Source: Paramoeba atlantica (taxonomy: Eukaryota > Protista > Discosea). Taken from it: DNA of 64,000 nt. The translations under genes were made by a program, and so were the position numbers. Shown here piece by piece: positions 1-10,935 of this stretch (position 1 is the stretch's first letter; every line of letters starts with the position of its first letter). A model generated the notes under the pieces. That model saw only the letters and a program-made list of their open reading frames with translations, was not told the origin of the DNA and made no database searches. The stretch spans positions 124,001 through 188,000 of the forward strand of contig CDRNVI010000083.1 in the NCBI GenBank assembly GCA_977017575.1. The letters run 5' to 3'.

Positions 1-78
1 CACCATCACAAGGACCTGGTTTGAACGACGTCCAGGCCCAATCACCAGAGACAATCCTGCGCAACAAGTAAAGTACTA

Positions 79-384
79 CCGTACCCCCCCCCCCCCAGTA
101 AGAGAATGGGTTTTGGGTCGAAATGGCCAAATCTCTCTTACCGGGGGGGGGTATGCTTTTTTGGCCAGTTTCCACTTTTCTCCCAACTTTTTTGACTATT
201 TTTTCTATTTTTTCTTCTGAAAACGTGTTAAAATGCTTCTTTGGGTTACCCCCGAGGCCCCCAACATGCAGACACCCACCCCCTACCCCCCTGAACGCCC
301 CCTGTGGGGCTCCCGATCCAAATCTCTCTTACTGGGGGTCAGCCCAAAAAGGGCCAAATCTCTCTTACTGGGGGGGGTATACGG
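79..384. mobile_element. TA-flanked MITE with poly-C/poly-G TIRs (family C)
   Basis: TA|CCGTACCCCCCC...CAGTAAGAGA at the left end and TCTCTTACTGGGGGGGGTATACGG|TA at the right end. Same TIR type as 23707..24013; internal similarity to 42690..42800. Confidence 0.75.
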
Positions 385-437
385 TACTTAACAAGCAAAG
401 TTGATGCGATCATTGTCGTTTTAGTATCGTTCTCCAA

Positions 438-546
438 TTTTTTAGGCTCTTCGTTAAACGTGGCGGTAGTTTTCAAGGCGAAGCGCGCAGAAGTGGTGTC
501 ATCTAAGTTGAAAACAACCCCCACGTTTAACGAAGAGCCTAAAAAA
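438..546. repeat. 109-bp palindrome, copy 1
   Basis: About 40-bp arms TTTTTTAGGCTCTTCGTTAAAC...TTTTCAA / GTTGAAAA...GTTTAACGAAGAGCCTAAAAAA around an about 29-bp asymmetric spacer. Confidence 0.9.
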
Positions 547-871
547 GAATAAAAAGCGATAGAAAAAAGGGTCACCAAAAACGTAGTAAAAAATGAAGTA
601 TCACAAGGAGCTACTCAATCACCGATCCCGACCGATCCCACCTGATAAGTGGCAGGATCCTCCAGGTTTCAGCCCTCTTAGTAAACGTGACAGATACGAA
701 TTCAAACTGGGTTCTAGTACACCCAAATTCACTTTTCACCAGTTCTATTCCATCCTATCGCCAAGTCGAATACGATTTCGGCTACAGGGATCTACGCGGT
801 TCTCCTTCATCGACACGTAGTGTCATTCTTCATTCGACACGTAGTGTGGTATTACTCTATCCTGTCCTATG

Positions 872-1040
872 TCCGTTGTCATAACTTAAAAAAGGAGATG
901 AACTGAAATCAATGACAGGCTGACAATTTGTTTTAGACAAAAATGCTCGAAAATATTAAAAGTCTAAAAAAGGTAACTACTAAAAAAACTTTATCATTTG
1001 AGAAAACCGCGTTTTGGGACTTTGCCAACTTGGCGCACTG
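872..1040. repeat. Dispersed repeat ending GGCGCACTG (Tc1-like terminus); second copy at 26023..26195
   Basis: Collinear similarity between the two loci (TCCGTTGTCATAA...AAATCAATGACAG...GGTAACTACTAAA...GGGACTTT...GGCGCACTG). The second copy is followed by TA. Confidence 0.7.
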
Positions 1041-1246
1041 TTTCCATGATCTTACAGAGCATCGATAAATTTTATTGCGTATATCAGTGAAAAATGTCGC
1101 AAAGTGTCTTAGAATATCTTAGAATAATGAAAAATCATATTTGACTTTTGTTAGAAAGGTTTTTAAAAGGCTGGTTTCTTAGGGTATTCTCTATGGTGTA
1201 TTTTCACCATACTTGACCCTTTTTTTCTTATTGCATGTGGTATGTC

Positions 1247-1957
1247 TTAAGACAGGTATGCTGGATGCGTACCCGTAATGCACGTCCCAGAGTTCCCATG
1301 TACGTGGAATATACGCGTTCCGGATGGCAGCTCACCGATTGCCACTTTGCCGCGTAGTTGATTGTGGTTAAGATACAGCTCACGAAGATTACGGGGTAAA
1401 TTGGCCAAAGAAAAAGTTCCCACGAATAGATTGTGGTCCAAAGCTAGAATTCGTAGTTCCGCTGGGAGGTCGGTCAAAAGCAAAGTTCCATTGAGGCGGT
1501 TGTAATCCACATAGAGCTCAAGTAACGAGGTGGGGAGAAGATGGAGAGCAACAGATCCATAGAAGCCATCCCGAGTAAATCGAATTTCTTTAAGCCTTTG
1601 TGGAAGCACGGAGAAATTAATACCTTGAGCGAGACGATTGTGTGATAGATTTAAATAAACCAAGGACCAGGGAAGATGCGACCATGTGACATTGCCAACA
1701 AGCTGCTGAGAGTGCCAATCTATTTTTGTTACCTCACGATTCGCGTCACAACGAACCCCATTCCACGTGCAAGCACTTTCAGATGAGTTCCACGACAATT
1801 TCGTTGATTCCACGTTGGCTAAAAAATAACTCAATGTAATTTCGTGAGGCACATCAAGCGCCGAACTTATCTTTCCCCGCCTAGTCAATGTTGATGGGTG
1901 CGGCAAAGACTCGTCTTTAGCGTAAGAAAAAGTGAGAAAACAAGTGCCTCCAAGCAT
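1247..1957 (-). CDS. Leucine-rich repeat protein with LRRNT-like cap
   Basis: WN...ACTWNGVRCD cap followed by LxxLxLxxNxLxG repeats (LVYLNLSHNRL, LRILALDHNLFVG, LRELYLNHNQLRG). Start codon uncertain. Confidence 0.8.
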   Translation of the reverse strand: MLGGTCFLTFSYAKDESLPHPSTLTRRGKISSALDVPHEITLSYFLANVESTKLSWNSSESACTWNGVRCDANREVTKIDWHSQQLVGNVTWSHLPWSLVYLNLSHNRLAQGINFSVLPQRLKEIRFTRDGFYGSVALHLLPTSLLELYVDYNRLNGTLLLTDLPAELRILALDHNLFVGTFSLANLPRNLRELYLNHNQLRGKVAIGELPSGTRIFHVHGNSGTCITGTHPAYLS

Positions 1958-2624
1958 ACAGTATGTACCAACAGAATTTTTTTTTGCAAGAAGTTGTCTA
2001 TGCTAAGAGTAAAATATCTCAAGGTTTTCTTCAAGCATTTTATCATTTTATACAATACCGTGATTATTTCGTTTCTATAATATCGCCCACTCATTTATTC
2101 TACTAATGCTAGGATCATATAGCAACTATGTGACATATCCTAAAATTAGTAAAAGTTATTAGGATCATAATTCTAAACTCACCTTTGAAATTATAAACCA
2201 CAATTTTAGTTACTCAATTTTGTTAAAATATCATGAGCTCCCGAAAGCGACCTTTTGGAACGATGTACAAGTACCTTTTGGAACGACGTATAAGTTCGCA
2301 ACGGTTGGCGGACGGCCCTCTGAGGGGCCTTTGCCCTCTGGGAAAAGAAACGATTGGCATGGTTTGCTAATGTTTTCACATCCGAAGGTCCTGATCCGGC
2401 GGTTTTGGAAAATCATAAGGAAATAATTGCTCAACACTACTCAATTTTTTTTTACAAAATCTTCTCACTTTATCTGCAAACGAAATTGTTGATTCCTTTT
2501 TGAACAAACTCTTGGAGGAGGATGAATGAAACTCTTGGAGGAGAATGTGGCTACGCGTGACGTTTCGTGACAGCCGAGACTTGCAGACTCCCTTGAAAAA
2601 TGAAACAAAAATTCCTTTGATATT

Positions 2625-4466
2625 TCAAGTAAGTGACAGAACAATGGTTTCCTTTTCGTCGGCTTTCTTTCTATTCTCCCCTTTTTTACCGACTTTTCTA
2701 GCTTTTTTTGCGCTTTTTTCGGACGGTATAATATCCTCGTTGCGAGCTGTATTTTTGTGATAACGTTTTTGAAAAAGGGATTTTGATTTGTTGCACGACT
2801 CCTTTCGAGAAGCATTCACACCGACAAACTCAACTTCGGAGTCACTCTCGAGGGAGCACAGCAATATCCCCTCATGTGAAGTGGAGTTCTTCACTTCCTC
2901 AGATGATTTGAAGCGCTCAGATGAAGCCTCAGATGAATTTGGCTTCCTTAACACACTGAACTGTGTAAGAGAACTTTGTTTCAGCTCCTCCGGATTGCTC
3001 GACGTGGTAAAAGTTGCTCTGGAAATATCACTGGATTGAGCCACTTCGGTAGTGAAATCTATTTCCTCGTCCTTCACAGAAAACGCCTGAGGTAGTATAC
3101 TTTGTAGAGATTGTCGTATGGGATGGAGTGTAAGCTTAATTCCTAGTAACCTTAAATCCAACGGAAAGCCCTCTGTCCCTAATAATCGGTACGCACATTG
3201 GTGAATCACCTTTCTATCATTTACTGGAGTAGAAAGTCGGAAGCATCGTTGCTTTGTTTCAAAGGAAGTAAACTTCAGCTTTACGGTGACACATGACAAC
3301 AGGCTCGACTCCACATATTCTCCCAGGTAGTATTCCCACACCTTTGTAAACACTCTTTCGAACTGAGAAAGTAACGCCTCGCGGGTTAGCGGAGGAGGAA
3401 AAGTCCGTTCTTTACTAATGGAATGCTCGGTATCCTCGGTGTGCTTTGAAACGCGCAGAACCCGAGACGGACGTGACAAGGGCTCACCAATTTCACACAA
3501 GGAATCCGGAAAAGAACCACCCCATCCCCGAGCACACGACAGAAAGAACAGGGCCGTCTTTCGTGGCAGTGTGCCCCACAGAACGGCACTATTCGTGTTG
3601 ATATCTCCTAGAGTGTAAATATGCAGCGCATGAAGTTGCTCCTCAGCACGTTTGCCGAGAAACGGCACTTTCCGTACAGGAATCTCTCGCACATAGTCGT
3701 CAAACGCTTCTTGTGTCGTGAACGACAACACGGAGCAGCCATTGGGCTTTTCTTCCTGCGCCGCGAGCTTACTCAGCGAGGGGGTGGGGGCAACCCCGAC
3801 ACTACACGTCAGGGAAGTCAGACGGTACACCTCTGTACGCACCCCCTCTGCCACCTCCGCGGGACTCACCCCATGTGCCTCACAGTACGAAGTGAGATGC
3901 AGTGTGGCCTCATCACACGAGAGGGAGCGAAACTCCGGGTCATACCCCCGCAGCACGGATTGCCGAATCGAATCCCCGATAGCTTCGTATTTCGCAAACT
4001 GGCAGGGGACAATCACCAGGCTGGGGCACAGCTCACGCGCGAGGAACCCTGGCATCCCCGCACGCACACCGTATCTCCGGGCGTGGTAGTTGCTGGTGCT
4101 GAGCATGTAGTCCGAGCCCACGCCAAGGGGGACGTCCCCGAGGGCTGGACAGTCCCGCATCTCGACACTCGCGAAGAAGGCGTCCATGTCCATGTGGAGG
4201 TACGCCTCATGGAGAGGGGGGCGCCGGAGCCCCGCGTAGACCTGCCGCACCTCCTGCCCCCACCGTGCGAGCAAAGCAGGCTGGGACCGAGCATGTCGAA
4301 CTTTCTCAAGCCACAGCTGAATACGCCGTTGTGCCTTTTGGTTTAAAGCCTCCTGGTGTTGGTAGTATTTGGAGGCGCGAGCCCGTGTGCTGTTCAGTAC
4401 GGCATCGGTACGGGTAAGGTCCACCTCCGAGAGCCCGGCTTTGTGAGTGTTCAAGGTGAGGGGCAT
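2625..4466 (-). CDS. POLK: DNA polymerase kappa (Y-family, DinB)
   Basis: HMDMDAFFASVE, STSNYHARRYGVRAGMPGFLA..LCP and SCDEA catalytic motifs; little-finger region (SISKERTF, VTVKLKFTSF); N-clasp-like N-terminus. Confidence 0.95.
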   Translation of the reverse strand: MPLTLNTHKAGLSEVDLTRTDAVLNSTRARASKYYQHQEALNQKAQRRIQLWLEKVRHARSQPALLARWGQEVRQVYAGLRRPPLHEAYLHMDMDAFFASVEMRDCPALGDVPLGVGSDYMLSTSNYHARRYGVRAGMPGFLARELCPSLVIVPCQFAKYEAIGDSIRQSVLRGYDPEFRSLSCDEATLHLTSYCEAHGVSPAEVAEGVRTEVYRLTSLTCSVGVAPTPSLSKLAAQEEKPNGCSVLSFTTQEAFDDYVREIPVRKVPFLGKRAEEQLHALHIYTLGDINTNSAVLWGTLPRKTALFFLSCARGWGGSFPDSLCEIGEPLSRPSRVLRVSKHTEDTEHSISKERTFPPPLTREALLSQFERVFTKVWEYYLGEYVESSLLSCVTVKLKFTSFETKQRCFRLSTPVNDRKVIHQCAYRLLGTEGFPLDLRLLGIKLTLHPIRQSLQSILPQAFSVKDEEIDFTTEVAQSSDISRATFTTSSNPEELKQSSLTQFSVLRKPNSSEASSERFKSSEEVKNSTSHEGILLCSLESDSEVEFVGVNASRKESCNKSKSLFQKRYHKNTARNEDIIPSEKSAKKARKVGKKGENRKKADEKETIVLSLT

Positions 4467-4520
4467 TTAAAAAGAAAGAGAGGAAGAGGGAGACGACGAG
4501 GTGGGGGGCGTTGGGAGTGG
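4467..4520 (-). promoter_or_regulatory. Polypyrimidine tract upstream of POLK (putative trans-splicing signal)
   Basis: Minus strand reads ...CCACCTCGTCGTCTCCCCTCTTCCTCTCTTTCTTTTTAA-ATG. Function is inferred from kinetoplastid biology. Confidence 0.5.
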
Positions 4521-4988
4521 ATGTGCTTTCGTCAAGAAAAGGTTCGAAATCGATGGGTCGTGGCGACGATGAGGGGAAGGTGTAGGAGACAGAAATTCGT
4601 GCTTTTTGTTGAAAATAAGAACAACGACAGTGCTATTAGCAATGGTGCATCATATGGAAAGTGAAAGGTACGTTAAATCCTTAACTAATCGTGATAGCCG
4701 TTATATGGACTTAAGCGCATGCGTTTTGAACAAATCCAATTTCCAATCCAAAAGTTGTAGAAATTGGTACTAGAGCACATACAAATTGAAGACTACACAT
4801 ACACATGACTATACATACAGTAGGTAATAGGAAAAAAGATATTTTCCATAATACATTAGAGAATGTCCCGACCAAGGACCGCGGAGCGTTCGTAGTAATG
4901 AGCGAAAAAGAAGTGTTGGCACCTGGACTCTCAAGTCAATGGCATGTAGGTCCAGGCGTGGTCGACTAAGGAGTTTATGCACGCCTTA

Positions 4989-7769
4989 TTAAATCCCAGT
5001 AGGTTCTCTAAGTGAAGCTTCACTCCCAGTAGGTCCTTTAAGTGATGCCTCAACTGTAGAACTGCCTGTACCCGCTTCAGACTCCGTCCCCAACAATTCG
5101 TCATACACAACGTCATGTACACTGAAGGAGTCTATGAAATCTTGAAACGAGATTTCTCCGTCCTGATCCACATCCACACAATTAAACAACTCCCGCATTT
5201 GAATGTTGTCCAATGGAGAGCTTAGAGCACGATTCAACATGGTCATCCCTTTGACAAAGGCATCGAGGTCCAGCACTCCGGAGCCATCGCGATCCATGGC
5301 ACGGAAGACGTGCTCTAGGCTCATCCGTCCGGAGATGAAAATGCTCTGCAGCTCTTGCATCACCTCTAGCTCCCACAGCGTTTCCTCCTGGGGCTCCGTA
5401 TCAGGATCGGTTTCGGAGAGGGAGTCAAGAATACGGTGGACGGAGAGAAAACCGTCGAAATCACGATCAAAGAATGTAAACAGGTGAAAGATCTCCGCGT
5501 CACGTAGTCCAATCCCAAGGTTGTGTAACAAACTCTCGAATTCGGTGAAAGTCACCACCCGGGCATCGGCGACTTGATGCAGTAATCTCTCCTTTTTGTC
5601 CCGGAGTGCGACACGTAGCTTATGCAGTACCACTCCCTCGAGTTGGTTCATCCAGCACAGCATCAGACGGTTCTGGTAGCGCCACAAGAACTGGGTGTAG
5701 TTTACCCGGTGGGTCTCCGGATCCTCCTCGGCGAGAAAGATGCGCAGGAAGAACCACGGGACCTCCATCGACAGCACCGTGCGCATCGCCTCCACCCACT
5801 CCACCTTCCACACCGAGCCCTTTTTCGTCACGTCCATGGTGTTGAAGTACTTGAGCAACTCGTGTCGCTTCACGTAGATACGCTCGCGAATGTACCGCAG
5901 CACATCCTCTACCGCGGAGGAGTGCGCGGGGTGGGGGGAGAGCCCAGGGTGGGGGTGCCGCGGAGAGTTCCCGTGAATCCCCTCCCCAGGGTGCAGCAGG
6001 GTGAGTTCCTGCATGTCATGGGCGCGGTAGGAGTGATAGCTGGGCTGATCCGCACGGGAGGCATTCACAATGGCATAGCTCGCACGGTTACTGTCCTCCC
6101 CGTCGTAGTTGGAGGCGCTAAAGATAGTGACCACCTTTCCCCCGTGGTGCTCTTCATACCCACGGAGAAAGGGCTCGTGACTACGGAGCAGCAAGCACAG
6201 CTGGTTGCGCTCCAGGAACGCCTCCGTAACGTCCGGGCCAAATAATGTCCCGGCACCGCGCTCGCTCACTCCCAGGCCCTCCTGCTCCCATGGGTCACTC
6301 CATAAGATATCCTGAAAGATGGTGTCCTCGGCACATTGATCGGACTCCGGCATGGGCATTGGGCGAAAGCGGTGAACAGCGTCAATGTGCGCTAGGGTAA
6401 CCCCTGGGAGGCGTGGAAGGCCACCGTGGAGAACCAGTACCTTCCGCGCAATACACGTACAAAGCGGAATAGCATTAAATGTGCGCTGAATGAGGTGGTA
6501 GATCGGCCGGTCATACTTCGTACTCACCTCCACGTCAAACCCGTAGTCCTCATTCATGTAGTACACCTCATGGTTGCCCCTGTTTAAAAACACCCCCTGG
6601 GGGCACGCGAGCATCATGGTGTAGAGCAGCAATAAGATCTCCACACTACTAGCGCCGCGGTCAACGAAATCGCCGTTGAAAACGTAGTACGTCCCCTTGT
6701 AAGGGTCAGGGAGTCCGCACTCGTGCAGGATGTGTACCAAGTCATGAAGCTGACCGTGCAGGTCCCCCACTACGACGATCTTTCCTCCCGCCGTCCAGCG
6801 ACCGTCGTAGCTCCGTGCTCCTTCTGGGGGATCCAGGTGTTGGACATTGGGCAGTGAGCGAAGATGACCCAGTGCCTCCTCACATACCCGCCAGGCGGCG
6901 GCATAGGGTAACCGGCCACCGGAAGTGAAATCCTCCATCATACACGTCGCCACAGACATAGTCAGTGGACTCGTGAGCTCTCGGGGAAAATAATGGTCTA
7001 CGGGAATGTCACTCTTGGTGCATTGTGTCGTCAGCGCCGATCTTTTTCGCGAAGAGTTTGTGAGTTCCCCGTTCCGACCACTTTTGTCGTTCATCGAATG
7101 ATGCTGCGTGACAATGTGGGACTCTCGCGCTAGGGTCATTTCCCGTAGTATCAGTCGGAATATATTTTCCGTTAGAATAGTGCGGCATCGCGCAAGACGA
7201 AGAGTACGCTGGATACGGATTGCAGCGTGCTCCAGTTCGGAGGTACCGTCGGGTGTCGAGCGCTCGACAAGCGCCAAAGGGGTCTCTACGGGAACAACCT
7301 CCCCCCTTTTTGCGCTGTACACCCCTTCTGGACAGTACTTTAGCAGACGTGGCAGAACCACGCGACCACACCCTTCACAACAGACCGGGTGACACCCCAC
7401 CGCGTGGGACTTAATCGTACGTAGAATAAAGCACTGCCCACACTTGAAGCATTCCATCGGCTTCTCCTGCTGACACTGTTGTTGGTGCTCAAAGTAGTTC
7501 TCAGAAGAAATCTCAGACTTGCACCAGGAATGGGTACAGCGACGTGTCGTAGATGTTGCTTTACCGGGGGAAGTAATAGAGGAAAATCTCTCCGAACTTC
7601 CGAACACTGACTCAGCCAGGGCTGCTTGTGCGACCTTCGGGGTGACCAGCGGAGATCTTGGCGCCACCAATGCATACTCTGCGGATAGATGAGATCTCGA
7701 CCCCGATGCATTATCGCACGTTGACGCAGGGCGTAGGTCTTGGCCGGACTTAGAACTAGCACAACCCAT
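4989..7769 (-). CDS. PPEF: Protein phosphatase with EF-hands (PPEF/PP7 family)
   Basis: PPP motifs GDLHGQ, NGDFVDRG, NRGNHE, HGG, RSHE, FSASNY; IQ-like AAIRIQRTLR; C-terminal EF-hands (DRDFDG, DRDGSG, DVDQDGEIS). Start set at MGCASSKS (Gly2/Cys3 acylation motif) rather than the upstream TTG. Confidence 0.93.
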   Translation of the reverse strand: MGCASSKSGQDLRPASTCDNASGSRSHLSAEYALVAPRSPLVTPKVAQAALAESVFGSSERFSSITSPGKATSTTRRCTHSWCKSEISSENYFEHQQQCQQEKPMECFKCGQCFILRTIKSHAVGCHPVCCEGCGRVVLPRLLKYCPEGVYSAKRGEVVPVETPLALVERSTPDGTSELEHAAIRIQRTLRLARCRTILTENIFRLILREMTLARESHIVTQHHSMNDKSGRNGELTNSSRKRSALTTQCTKSDIPVDHYFPRELTSPLTMSVATCMMEDFTSGGRLPYAAAWRVCEEALGHLRSLPNVQHLDPPEGARSYDGRWTAGGKIVVVGDLHGQLHDLVHILHECGLPDPYKGTYYVFNGDFVDRGASSVEILLLLYTMMLACPQGVFLNRGNHEVYYMNEDYGFDVEVSTKYDRPIYHLIQRTFNAIPLCTCIARKVLVLHGGLPRLPGVTLAHIDAVHRFRPMPMPESDQCAEDTIFQDILWSDPWEQEGLGVSERGAGTLFGPDVTEAFLERNQLCLLLRSHEPFLRGYEEHHGGKVVTIFSASNYDGEDSNRASYAIVNASRADQPSYHSYRAHDMQELTLLHPGEGIHGNSPRHPHPGLSPHPAHSSAVEDVLRYIRERIYVKRHELLKYFNTMDVTKKGSVWKVEWVEAMRTVLSMEVPWFFLRIFLAEEDPETHRVNYTQFLWRYQNRLMLCWMNQLEGVVLHKLRVALRDKKERLLHQVADARVVTFTEFESLLHNLGIGLRDAEIFHLFTFFDRDFDGFLSVHRILDSLSETDPDTEPQEETLWELEVMQELQSIFISGRMSLEHVFRAMDRDGSGVLDLDAFVKGMTMLNRALSSPLDNIQMRELFNCVDVDQDGEISFQDFIDSFSVHDVVYDELLGTESEAGTGSSTVEASLKGPTGSEASLREPTGI

Positions 7770-8573
7770 CAAAGCAAACGGATTCAGAACGAACGTCAAG
7801 AAGTCGCCAGATCAATTCAAAAATAATGAGAAAAATCTTATATCACATAAGCATCTTTAAAATACGCGCTGCCATTAATAATGATTGCGGTCGTTGTGTG
7901 ACTACCGCTCTATCCTTGTTTATTGAAAGAAACAGTGAAAATATAAAGAGGAACACAATAATAAACCAGATTGAAAGGGGCGAGGGAGATACGAAGCAAC
8001 AGGCGTGGCAGATTCCCACTGAAAAGAAACGGTATCTCCCCGCACGAGAAAAGCCTTTGCGCTTGCTAGCTCGGAGGAAAGAGTATTTAAATCGTCTAAA
8101 GGAGTTGGGGGTTGTAAAAAGGGATGGAGATATTCGGCTGACGCACGTGAGGCGTCCTGAGCGGGAAGAAAGGCCGAAACGTGAAAAGAGGGGGAAAACT
8201 TCTGCTTCCATGGAAGTACGCTCTGTTATTCAACTATAAGTAGTTCTAAAGTTTTACGTTTTATATTTTATTGGAAGGCCTAAGGGAAGGAAAAGAAAGG
8301 AAGGCCTAAGGGAAGGAAAGGTTCCAAAGTTACAGCATAGGTTAGAAATCAATTAGTTCGGCAAAACATCCTTATTCTATAGATTTTGACTGCATGATTA
8401 ATTTTAAACTTAAATAAATCATAATTTCAATAATTGAAATACAATGTATATTTCAATTTCAATTCTTACTTATCAATAGTTGCTTCTCGAGTGATTAAAC
8501 TTGTTTCTCCTACTATTTTTCCTGGTATGCCTTCTGAGCTCAATCCAAATCCAAATCCAAATCGTTCCGGATT

Positions 8574-8888
8574 GCTCCGGATGGTCACTGGCAAGCCAGA
8601 CCCTTCACAGACAGATTTGGAAGTTCCGAGGCCGACGTCCTCGACCAGTTTCCGCTTGTGCAAAAATAAAGCACCAACGTGCTGTTACCAACACGTTGCG
8701 TCGACGAACTGTACGTCAACACTGCCCACCCAAGAGGTTTAAGCCGGGTAAGGGAGCTGGTTCCCTGAGGGGAGGGTCCGGGACGGTCCTCCGAGTACTG
8801 GGCCTAGTCGGTTCTCAGCCCAGCCTCTTAGAGTGAGGCCGCCGGGAATATTGCGATGAGCGGGTTTCAACTCGCCGTCTGAGCACCA
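8574..8888 (+). ncRNA. Unidentified 315-nt structured RNA-like repeat with tRNA-like termini ending in ACCA (copy 1)
   Basis: 5' GCTC(C)GGATG can pair with 3' CGTCTGAGC, followed by A-CCA. T-arm-like GCGGG-TTTCAA-CTCGC and several internal stems with G.U pairs on this strand. Near-identical copy at 22713..23179. Expression is unproven. Confidence 0.45.
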
Positions 8889-9122
8889 TGTGCTTCAAAC
8901 TTTGAATTCTTGCCACTCCGCCACCTCCGCTCCCACTCCGCCACCTCCGCTCTTTTTTGTTTTAAGCCCCAGCTCCCTTCTCGGGAACCGGGGCCTTCAA
9001 GCGAACTTAGAGTTCGAAGCTTCTCATACCAACAAGGTACAGAAACTGTATCTTTATCGTTAAAGCTCAATGCATATCTGAGCTCAGTGCATGTGGGCTA
9101 ACTCATGCCACCCTTGAATATA

Positions 9123-9861
9123 CACCCATAGACAGAAGTGTGCCCCCGGCCTGGCAAATTTCAATTTTTTTATCCGTTTTTTCTCATTTTTGCAGCATTC
9201 GAGAGATCTCGTTCCCCTAGCGAAGAGCTTTGCCGCCTTTGCTTCATAGGGACCCCCTGGTACCCACTGTTTCCAAAAAACATGTTTTTATTGCCCATTT
9301 TTTTGGAACACAGTCAATTTCTCTAGTATATTATCTTTTTTTCTCCCTGTTTTTTCTTCATGGGGACCCCGCCTCGTATAAATCATAAACGAAACATCGC
9401 TTTGTCGATTTCGGAGCGAACAGAGATAGTCAAACAGCATAAATCCACACAACTTTGTAGTTTTAAGCCACGCAACTATGTAACCCTGACAAAGGCCATA
9501 GAAAAGGCGTTTAATGCTCTAAAACGTGCCCCACATAGACAGAAAGTGTTGAATTCCATCAAATCTGTTCCCAAACGTATGCAAATAGTTATTCAGACCA
9601 ATGGGGAGCATTGCGGATATTGATACTTCTTCCTTTTTTCTCATTTTCTCATTGAAAGGGTGATTTTTTTCTAGATGCCTAATGTACCATTTTTTGTTTT
9701 TGGTCTACTTTGGGGTCACCACCAGAGCACCAGGGGGTCCCTATGAAAAAAAGGCGGCAAGGCTCTTCGCTAGGGGAACGAGATCTCTCGAATGCTGCAA
9801 AAATGAGAAAAAATGGATAAAAAAAATGGCATTTGCCAGGCCGGGGGCACACTTCTGGGTG
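9123..9861 (+). mobile_element. Internally deleted Tc1/mariner element
   Basis: About 140-bp TIRs (CACCC...AGAAGTGTGCCCCCGGCCTGGCAAA) flanked by TA. Internal ORF 9360..9623 ends like a Tc1 C-terminus (LNSIKSVPKRMQIVIQTNGEHCGY). Confidence 0.8.
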
Positions 9862-10197
9862 TATCACACGCTTAGGCTACGACTATGACCTGGTTTTTTC
9901 TTCCTTTCTTTTCTTATACCGGAGGTAAGTACACCACGGTGTCTGATCACATGACGGCAAAATTTGGGCGAGGATGGAGTGAACGAGTGTGCTCAGAGAA
10001 GATCCCAAGCTTTTTTCGTAATTTTTTTTAACTACTCAAAGAAAACTGGTTAACTTTTCGCGACGATTTTCTTTTTCATGAAAACCACAATGCGACTAAT
10101 TTTTTTGATTCAAATGTTCGCATCGCGGTTGACACTGTACATTGACGCTACCCCGGGGTGGTAACAGCCAAAGTACTCTGCACATGCGGCAAAGGCC

Positions 10198-10593
10198 TTG
10201 GTGGCATGTACGCTGACCGGGTACGTGTCTTTTTACGGCGAGACCTTGTACGGGGGTGCATCACATGATACGGTGATACTGGACCACTCTGGTCTCGTCA
10301 ACCACCTTCGAACACACGGGCTTAGGGGCCTTGCAGATGGAACTTTCTCTTCATGCCAAGAACTAATTACGCCCTTTGAAAAGCGTGAAATCTGGCCTTC
10401 AAAATTGTCCGGACAATCTGATGGCAGCTACGAGACTGAAACACATAGTAAGTTGTATTATAATGAATGCATCGCTCATTTCCGGTCTAGGATCGAGCAT
10501 ATGTTTAATCGACGTGCACGGGTCGATGGTGTGCTTTTAAGAATTGGACCAAAAGCCCACAAATGCTTTACTATGCATACGGCTGCGCACTAA
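10198..10593 (+). pseudogene. PIF/Harbinger-like (DDE_Tnp_4-type) transposase fragment
   Basis: GASHDTVILDHSGL...LADGTF...ITPF...YNECIAHFRSRIEHMF matches the HD / AD / R..IE..F pattern. Possible degenerate TIRs near 9875 and 10819. Confidence 0.65.
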
Positions 10594-10852
10594 TAATTCA
10601 CAATGTAGAGAGCTTTAAAAGACATAAACAAAAAGGCAAGTACAAGGCCATAGATCATGCTGAAAAAGTATTACTTGAAGAAAAGTTTACAACCCACACG
10701 TCAATGTCATCTCGATACCCAAGGCCTGGGTCCTCAAATGATCCTACGCAGCTCTTGTTGACAATATTCTTTTCTTCAAACCCATAGGGATAAAAAATTT
10801 TTAAGGGTCGTAATGTGCGCTATGGTATTTTTCTCAAAATTATTAAAAAAAC

Positions 10853-10935
10853 TATCTCCAGGTATCTCCAGATATTTCCAGGTATCTCCATATAAATTTT
10901 ATATATTTTACAAATTTTATCTCCAGGTATCTGCA
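10853..10935. repeat. 10-bp tandem repeat (GGTATCTCCA)n
   Basis: Seen directly. Related inverted units near 11340..11390. Confidence 0.7.

Noticed and set aside
438-546. Palindrome as a Merlin/IS1595 MITE because of its GGCTCTT ends
   Set aside because: Flanks are inverted (T6A / TA6), not the 8-9-bp direct TSD Merlin makes.
3621-4346. 241-aa plus-strand ORF
   Set aside because: Antisense to the POLK catalytic domain.
7826-8239. 137-aa plus-strand ORF
   Set aside because: It runs through a MITE family A end, lies on the non-host strand and has no recognisable motif.
8600-8815. Group I intron-like words (TTCACAGAC, TAGTCGG) and a sarcin-ricin-like word (AGTACTCGGAGGACCG) in the RNA-like repeat
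   Set aside because: P7 pairing is imperfect, there is no room for P4-P6 upstream, and no collinear rRNA similarity was seen. Treated as coincidence pending a covariance-model search.
8574-8888. Canonical tRNA-Sec or tmRNA call
   Set aside because: The T-loop is 6 nt, the acceptor has a bulge, and there is no G3.U70, anticodon stem or evident tag frame. Only tRNA-like is supportable.
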